Part shown: one piece after another, positions 1 to 8,433 of the stretch
Layout of the letters: the number at the start of each line of letters is the position of its first letter
Numbering within the stretch: position 1 is the first letter of the stretch
Source: an uncultured Methanosarcinales archaeon
GTDB taxonomy: Archaea > Nanobdellota > Nanobdellia > Woesearchaeales > CAZYIM01
Reading direction: 5' to 3'
Length of the DNA stretch: 31,144 nucleotides
Assembly: GCA_964647565.1 (NCBI GenBank)
Contig: CAZYIM010000019.1
Location: 1 to 31,144 of the forward strand
Notes under the pieces: model-generated
The model's database searches: none
Told to the model about the DNA's origin: nothing
Seen by the model: the letters and a program-made list of their open reading frames with translations, nothing else
Made by a program: the position numbers and the translations under genes

Positions 1-1
1 C

Positions 2-400
2 AAACTCACAGACTTGTATTGGCCTGGTATCTCCAAGTGCATCACCTATGGCTGCAAAGCTTATCTCAGCATCTGCAAAATACTTGGTGATGCCTTCATC
101 AGGCTTCCAGAGCAATGGAAGCTTTTTGAAAAAAGTGTCCCTGTATGCGCCCATTGAACCAGTCAGATCCATTGCTATGACAATCGGCGTTCCTGAATCA
201 GTGCTGAAATCCTTTCCAGCAGGCGAGTTGTCATAAGACGAACTCTGAGCCCGATAGGTCCTTGTGCTTCTAACAGACTTTTTCGAACTCGGGGTCGAAC
301 TATAGGTTCGGCCGCTTCCATAAGCATTTCTAGCTGATTGGTAGCTGTATCCGCCACCGCTACTAGAGACGCTTGTATCGCTTCCCCAGCTATAACTCAT
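2..400 (-). CDS. vWA (MIDAS) domain protein; 5' part only, runs off the left edge; absent from the ORF track
   Basis: Manual translation from ATG at 400: MSYSWGSDTSVSSSGGGYSYQSARNAY...TPIVIAMDLTGSMGAYRDTFFKKLPLL...AEISFAAIGDALGDTRPIQVCEF, with no stop before the edge. It has a DxTGS MIDAS motif after a hydrophobic strand and a GGAGGTGG SD at 406-413. Confidence 0.85.
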   Translation of the reverse strand, partial: MSYSWGSDTSVSSSGGGYSYQSARNAYGSGRTYSSTPSSKKSVRSTRTYRAQSSSYDNSPAGKDFSTDSGTPIVIAMDLTGSMGAYRDTFFKKLPLLWKPDEGITKYFADAEISFAAIGDALGDTRPIQVCEF

Positions 401-536
401 TTTTTCCACCTCCATGGATTTGATATTGGTTGTTCATTTTATGGAAAAGCAGAATGCGGTAAGAAAGAGTTGCAAGGTAATCGAATGAGCAGTAAGGGGC
501 GGGTGTGTGTTTTTGACCCTTTGTTTTGTAGCTCAT
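390..536 (-). CDS. possible 48-aa small ORF between the kinase and vWA genes
   Basis: AAGGAG SD overlaps the kinase stop. ATG at 536 gives MSYKTKGQKHTPAPYCSFDYLATLSYRILLFHKMNNQYQIHGGGKNEL*, whose end overlaps the vWA start. No recognisable domain. Confidence 0.3.
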   Translation of the reverse strand: MSYKTKGQKHTPAPYCSFDYLATLSYRILLFHKMNNQYQIHGGGKNEL

Positions 537-546
537 TTTTTGCTCC

Positions 547-1557
547 TTAGATTATTAGTTCTCGATTCGAAGTTCTCCTCCCAAAGATTTTGTATCGTAG
601 ATTTGACATGCTCTTGACTAGGTCTTCTTTCTCCCAGTTGGGTCTTCTTCGCGAATCGTGCAATATAAGAGAATCAATATAATCCCGAAGAGGTTTTGGA
701 GTTTTGCTGGGATAGGTCTTGCTTATCGGATTGCCACCAAGCATGTATATCATGGTTGCACCTAATGAGTAAAGATCGGTTTCTGGTACAGGCGGCATCT
801 CTGTAAGAAGTTCGGGTGCTGCATATGCAGCTGTGTATCCTTCAGGCTTGGTTTGGTGCCTTGGTTTAAGCATTGCAAAGCCATAGTCAACCAGGATGGC
901 GTTATGCTCTTTGGGTTTGATAATTATGTTTTGAGGTTTGATATCGCAGTGGACACATCCATGATAGTGCAGATAGTGAAGTGCATTTAGCAATCTTTGG
1001 GATATCCAGCAAACATGTTCTGGATGCATCGGCCCATGGTTATCAACAATCTTGTCTATTGTTGGACCTTCAACAAAGGTCATTGCAAGCACAAAACTGC
1101 CATCAGGTGCCTTAAAGAAATCGCGTAATGTCGGTAACGAATAATGATGTATATGCCAAAGAGTCTTAGCCTCCTTGATCAGAAGCTCGTCATCAAGAGG
1201 AGAGATGTTTATGTTCTGTTTAAGGCATGCGTACTCTTTTAGGATACGATGTTCTGCTTTGTATGTTCTTCCAAAAGCCCCTTCCCCAATCTGTTTGAGT
1301 ATCTTATAGTTACCTATTATCCCTTTTTCCAGGTCACTAAGAAAGTTGTCGTACTCTTTCCTCTTCTTGGGTTCCAAGAGGACTGATTTGGCTTCATTCA
1401 ACCTTGCACAAAGACTGTTTGAACCGCCATTGTCTGGATGATGCTTTCTTACCATAGCCAGATAAGCTGCATGGACAACCTCATAATCAGCTCGCGGATC
1501 AACTTGTAGAAGCTGGTAGAAGGAAACCAGTTGTTTGTTAAAGTTGTTCGGCTTCAT
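547..1557 (-). CDS. DnaJ (J-domain)-Ser/Thr protein kinase fusion
   Basis: N-terminal J-domain (FYQLLQV...AYLAMVRKHHPD...LNEAKSVL..PKKRKEYD) with HPD. Hanks-type kinase motifs IGEGAFG, catalytic-site Lys (CLKQ), HCDIKPQN, DYG, APE and DLYSLG. Confidence 0.93.
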   Translation of the reverse strand: MKPNNFNKQLVSFYQLLQVDPRADYEVVHAAYLAMVRKHHPDNGGSNSLCARLNEAKSVLLEPKKRKEYDNFLSDLEKGIIGNYKILKQIGEGAFGRTYKAEHRILKEYACLKQNINISPLDDELLIKEAKTLWHIHHYSLPTLRDFFKAPDGSFVLAMTFVEGPTIDKIVDNHGPMHPEHVCWISQRLLNALHYLHYHGCVHCDIKPQNIIIKPKEHNAILVDYGFAMLKPRHQTKPEGYTAAYAAPELLTEMPPVPETDLYSLGATMIYMLGGNPISKTYPSKTPKPLRDYIDSLILHDSRRRPNWEKEDLVKSMSNLRYKIFGRRTSNRELII

Positions 1558-1685
1558 TGTCTAATAATATATATACGAAAAATTTATATATATTTAATGC
1601 CACCCATATGCATATGAGTGGTTATATGGTTACAAAAACTATTAATATTCGATAACCCCATAGGTAAAGAATAAAACGAGGTTTC

Positions 1686-1721
1686 CAATGTCCTGAGAAA
1701 TTAAACATTTCTGGGACATTG
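1686..1721. promoter_or_regulatory. imperfect inverted repeat just upstream of the AbrB/PhoU-type regulator; candidate operator
   Basis: CAATGTCCTGAGAAAT-TAAAC-ATTTCTGGGACATTG directly precedes the GGAGG SD of the 1739 ORF. Confidence 0.45.
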
Positions 1722-1738
1722 AAAACAGGAGGTTCCCA

Positions 1739-2638
1739 ATGAAAAGAAAAATTGTCAGACACGGACCAAGCTCATTAACAATATCCCTACCAATCAAATG
1801 GGCCAAGCAAAATAACCTGCAAGCAGGGGACGAGATTGATGTCCTCGAAGATGGTAGCTCCCTAATGGTTTCAGGGAAAGGAAAACCTGTCTCAAAAGAG
1901 ATCACAATCGATGTCAAAGAACCATTGATGAAGAGAATGCTTTTCCTGCCATTTGTCCAGGGTTACGACCAGATAAGATACAACTATAATTCTGTTAAGG
2001 CCATGCATTTTATTGAGAATACTATCGAATACATGTATGGATTTGAGATAATCAAACATAAACCTGATAATCTGTTAGTCAAGAATGTCACCACAATAAA
2101 TGAAAATGAATATTCCAACATGACTCACAGACTTTTCCATGTAGCATGCGATATGTTTGATCTCCTGCTCAGGCATATGACTGAGTTTGACGAGGAAGTC
2201 CTGGTACAGATGAAAAGCCTGAAAAAATCCATGGTAAGGATAGACCTGTATTGCAGGAGGCTGATCAATTTGGAATCATTCCATAAAACCAACAATGGAT
2301 CAAGATATGCCATTGTCAGAATTGTCGAGACATTAGGCGATATCCTTCTTGATATGGCCGAGGCAGTAGTCAGGGAAAAAGAGTATACAAAGGGCAATAA
2401 CAGATGGACAATGGCAGTGCTTAAAGGGCTTTACAAGAATTTTGAAATCCTGAAAAAGATGTACCTAAGCAAGAAGCTCAAACTATTGCTGGAGTTCAGG
2501 AAATATGAGCACGAAGTCTGGCATAAGATGAAAAAGGAATACACCAAAGTACCGCACTGCCTATTGGTGATGAACCTCTGGAACCTCGACTCCTATATGC
2601 ATAACCTTTCAGAAGAGATCTACTTTGACTTGAAATGA
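1739..2638 (+). CDS. AbrB/MazE/SpoVT DNA-binding domain plus PhoU-like helical domains (archaeal phosphate-uptake-regulator-like)
   Basis: N-terminus MKRKIVRHGPSSLTISLPIKWAKQNNLQAGDEIDV is the typical archaeal AbrB-PhoU start, followed by GYDQI, GFEII and YCRRLIN. GGAGG SD. Confidence 0.8.
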   Translation: MKRKIVRHGPSSLTISLPIKWAKQNNLQAGDEIDVLEDGSSLMVSGKGKPVSKEITIDVKEPLMKRMLFLPFVQGYDQIRYNYNSVKAMHFIENTIEYMYGFEIIKHKPDNLLVKNVTTINENEYSNMTHRLFHVACDMFDLLLRHMTEFDEEVLVQMKSLKKSMVRIDLYCRRLINLESFHKTNNGSRYAIVRIVETLGDILLDMAEAVVREKEYTKGNNRWTMAVLKGLYKNFEILKKMYLSKKLKLLLEFRKYEHEVWHKMKKEYTKVPHCLLVMNLWNLDSYMHNLSEEIYFDLK

Positions 2639-2639
2639 T

Positions 2640-3155
2640 CTAGAGATCTGATTTTGCTAGTCTTATGGCCTCGTTGCAAGTTGCTTCAAGACTAGAGCAT
2701 ATTGATATCTCAGGGCAATCCTGAGAGAATCTTCTTTTTATATAACGCGATCCAGTATATCCCTGCTCAATACCTAAAGCCAGCTTTGCACCATTCCATT
2801 GATGAAAGACTTTCCACTCGAACAATTCACTTCTAGTGGTTTGGGCGTAAGAACGATAGCAGTTGTGTTCATACTCTTTTGCACACCAAAACAAGACACA
2901 ACCCCTGTCAGCAGCCTTCCTCAGATGATAACTCTCCCAATCCACTTGTTCATTGTACATCTCAACAGAAAAATCAGCCCTCTTAGCAATATTCCTCCTG
3001 GGGGATGCTATATATAACTCTGGCATTTTAGAACTTATGAACTCGATTACATCCTTTTGCCAATCATATGCACCCTGGATTGGACCTGCTAGGAATATTA
3101 AAGGAGCCAGGATCTCAGTTAGGAAAGTCGGAGGCAGGATTAGATTTTCTATCAT
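2640..3155 (-). CDS. nucleoside 2-deoxyribosyltransferase-like protein
   Basis: IFLAGPIQGAYDWQ, ASPRR, QVDWESYHL, VLFW and TRSELFEW match the pattern of the nucleoside 2-deoxyribosyltransferase-like family. Confidence 0.75.
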   Translation of the reverse strand: MIENLILPPTFLTEILAPLIFLAGPIQGAYDWQKDVIEFISSKMPELYIASPRRNIAKRADFSVEMYNEQVDWESYHLRKAADRGCVLFWCAKEYEHNCYRSYAQTTRSELFEWKVFHQWNGAKLALGIEQGYTGSRYIKRRFSQDCPEISICSSLEATCNEAIRLAKSDL

Positions 3156-3287
3156 AATATTTTAATAATCTTAGAAATATAATAGAGTTTAGCTTAAGTA
3201 ATATAAACCAGATTAAACATAACCGAACATAATCGTAAAGTTTAAATATCTCCTATTCGATAGATTTGTTAACGGGGTAGAATTGTT

Positions 3288-4520
3288 TTGACAGGAAAAA
3301 TAATAATTTTATTAATCTCAATAATATTGTCTGGTTTTTTTTCAAGTTCAGAACTTGCTTTCTTTTCTATCAGTACTATCGAACTGAGAAGATTGGTAAA
3401 AAAGAAGGTCAAACATGCAGTTCTTGTTGAAAAACTCAAATCAAATCCACACAGGCTATTGTCAACTATTTTAATAGGTAACAACCTGGTCAATATAGGG
3501 GGCTCTGCAATCGCTACAGCCCTGGCCATCGACATGTTCGGGAATACAGGCGTTGGCATAGCAACAGGCATCATGACATTCCTGATATTAGTATTTGGAG
3601 AGATAATCCCCAAATCCTACGCCACAAGGAATGCAGCCAAGATAGCGTTGAGAATTGCAAATATTATGAGGTTCTTAACTTACTTATTCTATCCACTAGT
3701 AATCTTATTTGATGCAATTACAAAAATATTCACACCCAAGATATCCAAGCGACCACTGGTCACAGAAGAAGAACTAATAGATATTACAGCCTTGTCAGAA
3801 GAAGAAGGATCAATAAAGAGCAGGGAGAAAAAGATGATCCATAAGGTCTTTGAACTCGATGATATAGAGGTTAAGGAGATTATGACTCCCAGGCCAGATG
3901 TCTTTGCCCTGGATTATTCTGAAAAAGTATTGAAAGTCTCAAATGATATTATTGGAAGTGGGTTATCTCGAATCCCTGTCTATGATAAGAAGCTCGACAA
4001 TATCAAAGGCGTGGTATATACAAAAGAACTTATCTCTGTATTAATCGATAAGAATAAACGGGATCGTGCCACCTTAAAAGATATCATGCGTAAGCCTTTC
4101 TTTGTTCCAGAAAACAAGATTACTGACGCCCTGTTACGAGAGTTCCAAAAAAACAGGATACATGTAGCCATAGTTGTTGATGAGTATGGTGTTGTGACAG
4201 GTCTGGTAACCATCGAGGATATCCTCGAGGAGCTTGTTGGAGATATCTTTGATGAGACAGATGAATCTGAAAAACTGGTCAAGGCATCAGGCAAAAAAGG
4301 ATTTTTAATACTTGGTAAAGCAGACATTGAAGATGTGAATGAAATGACTGGACTAAGGATTGAGGATGATGAAGGTTATGAGACTATTTCGGGTTATATC
4401 CTTGAAAAGATTGGCAAGATACCACAAGAAGGCGAGTCTTTTGAGATTGGCAAGTTGACAGTAAAGATCCTGGGGATGAAAGGTAACAGGATCCAAAAGG
4501 TCAAGGTAATTAAAAACTGA
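3288..4520 (+). CDS. CNNM/hemolysin-family (HlyC/CorC-type) membrane protein with CBS pair and CorC domain
   Basis: SGFFSSSELA, TILIGNNLVN, FGEIIPKSYA, IMTPR, SRIPVY, VVDEYG..GLVTIEDILEELVGDIFDE and YETISGY. TTG start. Confidence 0.93.
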   Translation: MTGKIIILLISIILSGFFSSSELAFFSISTIELRRLVKKKVKHAVLVEKLKSNPHRLLSTILIGNNLVNIGGSAIATALAIDMFGNTGVGIATGIMTFLILVFGEIIPKSYATRNAAKIALRIANIMRFLTYLFYPLVILFDAITKIFTPKISKRPLVTEEELIDITALSEEEGSIKSREKKMIHKVFELDDIEVKEIMTPRPDVFALDYSEKVLKVSNDIIGSGLSRIPVYDKKLDNIKGVVYTKELISVLIDKNKRDRATLKDIMRKPFFVPENKITDALLREFQKNRIHVAIVVDEYGVVTGLVTIEDILEELVGDIFDETDESEKLVKASGKKGFLILGKADIEDVNEMTGLRIEDDEGYETISGYILEKIGKIPQEGESFEIGKLTVKILGMKGNRIQKVKVIKN

Positions 4521-4620
4521 TGAGGACAAACTTAGTGAATTGAAAAATAAATTTGAAGTCCTCAGAAAATTTTATTAAATTTCATAAACTTTTTAACTAA
4601 ATCATTTTAACCTAGTTCTT

Positions 4621-5397
4621 ATGAACATATTGAAGATAGCGCTAAACGCAGGAGCTCTTGGCAAGAAAGAGGGTCAGGAAGAGGCTCCAGACCATATCCT
4701 TAAGAGCACAGAAGAGCTATACATGAATGAGTCCAGGATATTACCTATTTTAAATATCGAAGATGTTGATGTTGACAACTCTGATTTTGAGGGATCGTGC
4801 AAAAAAATCTTTGAGAAGGTCAACGCGTTGGATAGCTTCTCAATATTGCTTGGAGGCGATCACTCGTTAACATATCCTGCTTTCAAGGCATTTGCTCAGA
4901 ACAATGACAATCCCGGATTGGTGATCTTTGATGCACATCCGGATCTTATGGATAATTTCAAGACTCATGAAGATTATCTGAAGTCATTGATTGAGGATAA
5001 GATCCTTAATCCTAAGAATGTTATCATTGTCGGTGTCAGAAACTGGGAGCAGTCAGAGATCGAGTATCTGAGAGACAAGAAGATCAAGTTCTTCACCATG
5101 AAGAATATCACAGAAGAGGGCATCCATGATATCAGCGATACTGTAATGAGTAATGCACGCAGATGGGGCTCACTCTATATCTCTATTGATATTGATGCAG
5201 TAGACCCTGCCTTTGCACCCGGCACAGGCCATATTGAACCTGGCGGTCTCAGCAGCAGGGAGCTTATCTATTTCTTGCAGCGATTAAAGAATCTGCAGAA
5301 CCTAAAGATGGCAGATATTGTAGAAGTGAATCCTAAAAAGGATGTCAATCAAATGACCTCCAAGCTGGCTGCCAAGATAATCTGGGAGCTGGGATAA
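4621..5397 (+). CDS. arginase/agmatinase (ureohydrolase) family protein
   Basis: Metal-binding motifs GGDHS, DAHPD and SIDIDAVDPAFAPGTG..EPGG, plus DIVEVNP. Confidence 0.9.
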   Translation: MNILKIALNAGALGKKEGQEEAPDHILKSTEELYMNESRILPILNIEDVDVDNSDFEGSCKKIFEKVNALDSFSILLGGDHSLTYPAFKAFAQNNDNPGLVIFDAHPDLMDNFKTHEDYLKSLIEDKILNPKNVIIVGVRNWEQSEIEYLRDKKIKFFTMKNITEEGIHDISDTVMSNARRWGSLYISIDIDAVDPAFAPGTGHIEPGGLSSRELIYFLQRLKNLQNLKMADIVEVNPKKDVNQMTSKLAAKIIWELG

Positions 5398-5402
5398 GAT
5401 TA
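5372..5402 (+). repeat. direct repeat copy 1 (3' end of the arginase gene)
   Basis: CCAAGATAATCTGGGAGCTGGGATAAGATTA; near-identical copy at 6079-6108. Confidence 0.8.
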
Positions 5403-5942
5403 AGAGTTATTAATTGAGCACCTGTTAATTAAACCTTTATCAATAATATGAGCTTCATCTATTTCATTAAGTATCTCTTCATGAACAGAAATAGGGTGGT
5501 AATAAAGATGCACTATTGCGCCATGATTCTTTGCTCGTTTAATCGCAGGTACAAAATCAGAGTCTCCTGCTATGATAATGGCGTGTTCAATCTATCTCGA
5601 GAAACACATATCCACAATTTCTAAGGACATCAAAATATCAACCATTTTTTGTTTGAATTGTCCAGCTATTAGCTGAAGTCGTCCTAACCTTACTTCAAAA
5701 CGTGGTAAACGCTTAAGTTTGGAAACGAATTTCTGCATATGTGCATGTCTTTTTTCATCTTTCTTATTCCCGGATCGAATGATAGGCATACAGTGATAGA
5801 AATATGTTCTTAAACGAGTGAGGTTTAAACTCGCACAGATCTCATTCCCAAATTTATGATAGTCTAATACCCCTTCTTTAAATTGGTCTCTTAAAATACG
5901 ATTGAAATAACCACCATCAATAAAAATAGAAGCTTTTGTCAT
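5400..5942 (-). pseudogene. NYN-domain (LabA/PIN-like) ribonuclease interrupted by one in-frame TAG at 5592-5594
   Basis: MTKASIFIDGGY...QKMVDILM...MCFSR*IEHAIIIAGDSDFVPAIKRAKNHGAIVHLY...DEAHIID..* The IDGGY, QKxVD and GDSDF motifs lie in one frame across the stop, which ends at TAA 5400-5402. Confidence 0.85.
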
Positions 5943-5955
5943 TTTAAGTATAATA

Positions 5956-5990
5956 CCCATCACTCAACGATAGTTCGCTGAACGATTGGG
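5956..5990 (-). promoter_or_regulatory. 15-bp stem-loop in the leader of the NYN gene
   Basis: Minus strand CCCAATCGTTCAGCGA-ACTA-TCGTTGAGTGATGGG: 15 pairs including three G-U wobbles and one bulged A. It pairs well only on the NYN sense strand. Confidence 0.6.
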
Positions 5991-6078
5991 AAGATAATAG
6001 TAATAATAGCAGAGGAAGCTATTTAAAGATTTCGCCTTCTTCGTCGGAAAAATCACGAAACAGAGATATAATAAGAAT

Positions 6079-6108
6079 CCAAAATCATCTGGGAGCTGGG
6101 TAAGATTA
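6079..6108 (+). repeat. direct repeat copy 2 (displaced arginase 3' end)
   Basis: CCAAAATCATCTGGGAGCTGGG-TAAGATTA still encodes KIIWELG; differences from copy 1 are two synonymous third-position changes and a 1-nt gap. Confidence 0.8.
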
Positions 6109-6759
6109 CTGGTATTCCAGAGTCTTGCACACTTGGTCTGCTACTCGTTCTATGGTTCTCGCACCATTAGCAGCTTTATAGGCGCGTACTAAAGAAATAG
6201 CAGTATCAATAGTCCTATTATTATCATATACTGTAAGCATTATGCTATTGACTGCCTCATCAACATCCCGAACGCCTATAGCCCCTGCATTCACAGTCTT
6301 ATCTATGCTTAGGATAAGGGCTTCAACTTGGTCAATATTTTCATCAGGAGGCAAGGCATGCATAATTGAACAAGCACTATATGCTAAATCCTCTACACCG
6401 GCACCACTAGCACTATTGGTTGCTTTCTTAATGGCATAGATTAGGGTTGCTGCATCTTCTCCAGTTCGGCCTGTTGGCTCAAGGTTTCTCAACACATGTG
6501 TGCTCATCTTCATCAGATCATCCATTGAACAGCCACTTCCAGTATTATCACACTTGCCAAGAGCTTCAATAATTGTAGCCTGTCCAGCAGAGGTCTTGTA
6601 TATTTTATTTTTATTAGATTGACTTGCATCTTCTACTGAAGTAATAATAGCAGTTTCAACTGGCCGCTCTTCAGAAGCAGATTTACAACCATTAAGGTAA
6701 CCGATTGTCAGCATAGAAAACAGGGTGAATGTTATTGCAGGTTTGATATGCGATTTCAT
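6106..6759 (-). CDS. putative lipoprotein with about four degenerate helical repeats
   Basis: Signal peptide with lipobox-like LNGC. Repeat units: ATIIEALGK..., AATLIYAIKK..., VEALILSIDK..., AISLVRAYK... Confidence 0.65.
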   Translation of the reverse strand: MKSHIKPAITFTLFSMLTIGYLNGCKSASEERPVETAIITSVEDASQSNKNKIYKTSAGQATIIEALGKCDNTGSGCSMDDLMKMSTHVLRNLEPTGRTGEDAATLIYAIKKATNSASGAGVEDLAYSACSIMHALPPDENIDQVEALILSIDKTVNAGAIGVRDVDEAVNSIMLTVYDNNRTIDTAISLVRAYKAANGARTIERVADQVCKTLEYQ

Positions 6760-6831
6760 CCAACTGAGGAATGCAACCTGATATATAAAAGTTTGTGAAA
6801 GTAACCACTATAGAAAGGAAAAAGAAAAAAA

Positions 6832-8187
6832 TTAAAAATAGATCGGTGGCGGGTAGCTGACCCTAAACAATGCCAGGATGATAACAATAAGGACTCCCAG
6901 AACTATCAACGAGCCGATGAAAGATGCTACTGTTATGAGTCCGTTTTTCCAGCCGTACTTAATGCCCATATAGAGTGCAGGAGCTATCAACACAAACAGC
7001 ATCCAGATAGCTGCTATCATGATGATCAAGGGCATGATTATACCTTCGAACCTGTAATGCAGAGCATCATCGATTACCTCAACTAAGAATGCAATCAGGA
7101 ACCATGAGAAAATCATCACGACTGCAGACACACCGCCTACAATGACAGATTTCCAGTTGAAGTCTCCTTTGACCTGTTCCTTTTTATGAGCTTTTGCTGC
7201 AAAAGGTTTTGAACTTTCTACAACAATCTTCAGTTTCCTCTTTCTCTGAGCTTTCTTGACAAGAGCTGAGACAATAAGGAAGATTGCCACTAATACTAGA
7301 ATGGTCATCAACCAACTCCAATAGTTCAATCCAAATGAAGACTTGGCATACTTGCCGTTGACCTGGAAAGACTCACCAGGATCCAGGAAAGTGGCAGTCT
7401 TGACATAACCGTTCACAGTGGTTATGGTAGATGCATATCTTTGATAGTCTGCTTCTGCTAACGATGAATCAGCAACGGCCTTCTGCATACCTCCGAGCAT
7501 CTCAAAGGCATTATCTCTATAGTTCACCTGAGAACCAGTGCCTTTTAGTTTTAGGTCCGGCTCAACATTAACTGCAACCCTGATGTTCTCAATCATCGAA
7601 GCCTTGTTGTCTATCAAGGTCTGGAACTTGAAGTTGTAAGATCCAAACAATGACTTGCTGGCTTGTCTGCTCAACTTGTACGAGATAAGAACTGTAATTG
7701 TGTCATCAGACTCAACAGCCTCTGGCAGTGTTATATACAGAATGCTCCGGTCAGAAAGCCTTTCATCCCTAAGATTCTCCCTTGCAACCCGGTCATATAC
7801 AGTACCAGAATGCGTGAAATAGGTACACTGCTTTTCAGATGTATAATGTTTACACTCGCCAGTATCATAATAATCATCGCAGACCTCAATATAATCATAT
7901 CTGGCGCAGATCTTCCTGTAATGTTCCACCATCACATCATATACCATGATGTTTTCTCCGGGGATCTCAAGAGCCAGTTGTGTCAGGTCGATCTCCTGTG
8001 TGTTCTTGATGGTCAATTTGGCACTGACAATAGCATCACCTTCGCCGTCATAAGTGACTGCATAATAATCATAGGTATGCCTGTATCCTGTGCTTATGAT
8101 AGATGTGGCGCTTGTAATAGGAAGCAGTGCCAATACCAATATCAAAAGCACAAACAAGGGAAATATATTCTTGTTAAAGTTTTTCAT
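6832..8187 (-). CDS. exported membrane protein: signal peptide, beta-rich ectodomain with a 4-Cys insert, about four C-terminal TM helices
   Basis: Long ORF with hydrophobic N-terminus and four hydrophobic C-terminal segments. A GGTGA SD favours ATG at 8187 (track start 8196). No family recognised. Confidence 0.75.
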   Translation of the reverse strand: MKNFNKNIFPLFVLLILVLALLPITSATSIISTGYRHTYDYYAVTYDGEGDAIVSAKLTIKNTQEIDLTQLALEIPGENIMVYDVMVEHYRKICARYDYIEVCDDYYDTGECKHYTSEKQCTYFTHSGTVYDRVARENLRDERLSDRSILYITLPEAVESDDTITVLISYKLSRQASKSLFGSYNFKFQTLIDNKASMIENIRVAVNVEPDLKLKGTGSQVNYRDNAFEMLGGMQKAVADSSLAEADYQRYASTITTVNGYVKTATFLDPGESFQVNGKYAKSSFGLNYWSWLMTILVLVAIFLIVSALVKKAQRKRKLKIVVESSKPFAAKAHKKEQVKGDFNWKSVIVGGVSAVVMIFSWFLIAFLVEVIDDALHYRFEGIIMPLIIMIAAIWMLFVLIAPALYMGIKYGWKNGLITVASFIGSLIVLGVLIVIILALFRVSYPPPIYF

Positions 8188-8249
8188 GTTTATCACCTGT
8201 TATCAATCTTTAATCATTAGTAAAGCAAGCATCTATTTATATATGGCAC

Positions 8250-8272
8250 TAAGCTCCAAGTGAGATTGAAGT
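8250..8272. promoter_or_regulatory. shared operator-like motif, copy A (upstream of the TATA-like box of the 8187 gene)
   Basis: TAAGCTCCAAGTGAGATTGAAGT; 21 of 23 positions match 13445-13467. Confidence 0.65.
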
Positions 8273-8300
8273 GATGCAAAGTTAATGAAAAAAATAACTG

Positions 8301-8418
8301 AAAATTAACAACAATAATGGCACAGACGCCCTCCTAGGAGTGCTATTCCACTTACCAGAACGCTATACAAAAAGTATAGCAACCTGTTAAGCTCCATCTG
8401 GCCATTGTTGTTAATTTT
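8301..8418 (-). ncRNA. structured three-way-junction element, long copy (RNA or ssDNA; family unknown)
   Basis: Minus strand: AAAATTAACAACAAT-GGCCAGAT-GGA-[GCTTA..CAGG..GCTATAC/GTATAGC..TCTG.TAAGT]-GGAATA-[GCACTCC TA GGAGGGC]-GTCTGTGCC-ATTATTGTTGTTAATTTT. Confidence 0.6.
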
Positions 8419-8433
8419 TTCTTTGGTAATCTA

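Noticed and set aside
48..550. Track ORFs 48..236, 175..357 and 338..550
   Set aside because: They are shadow frames of the vWA gene at 2-400, which has a clear SD and MIDAS motif.
4517..4600. Hammerhead-like CTGATGA-GGAC...GTCC...GAAA
   Set aside because: Three extra bases (TCA) separate stem II from GAAA, stem I does not form next to the would-be cleavage site, and CTGATGA is explained by tandem stop codons.
5592..5594. Genome-wide TAG reassignment (alternative genetic code)
   Set aside because: Several genes end at TAG at their expected C-termini, and readthrough would run into convergent genes.
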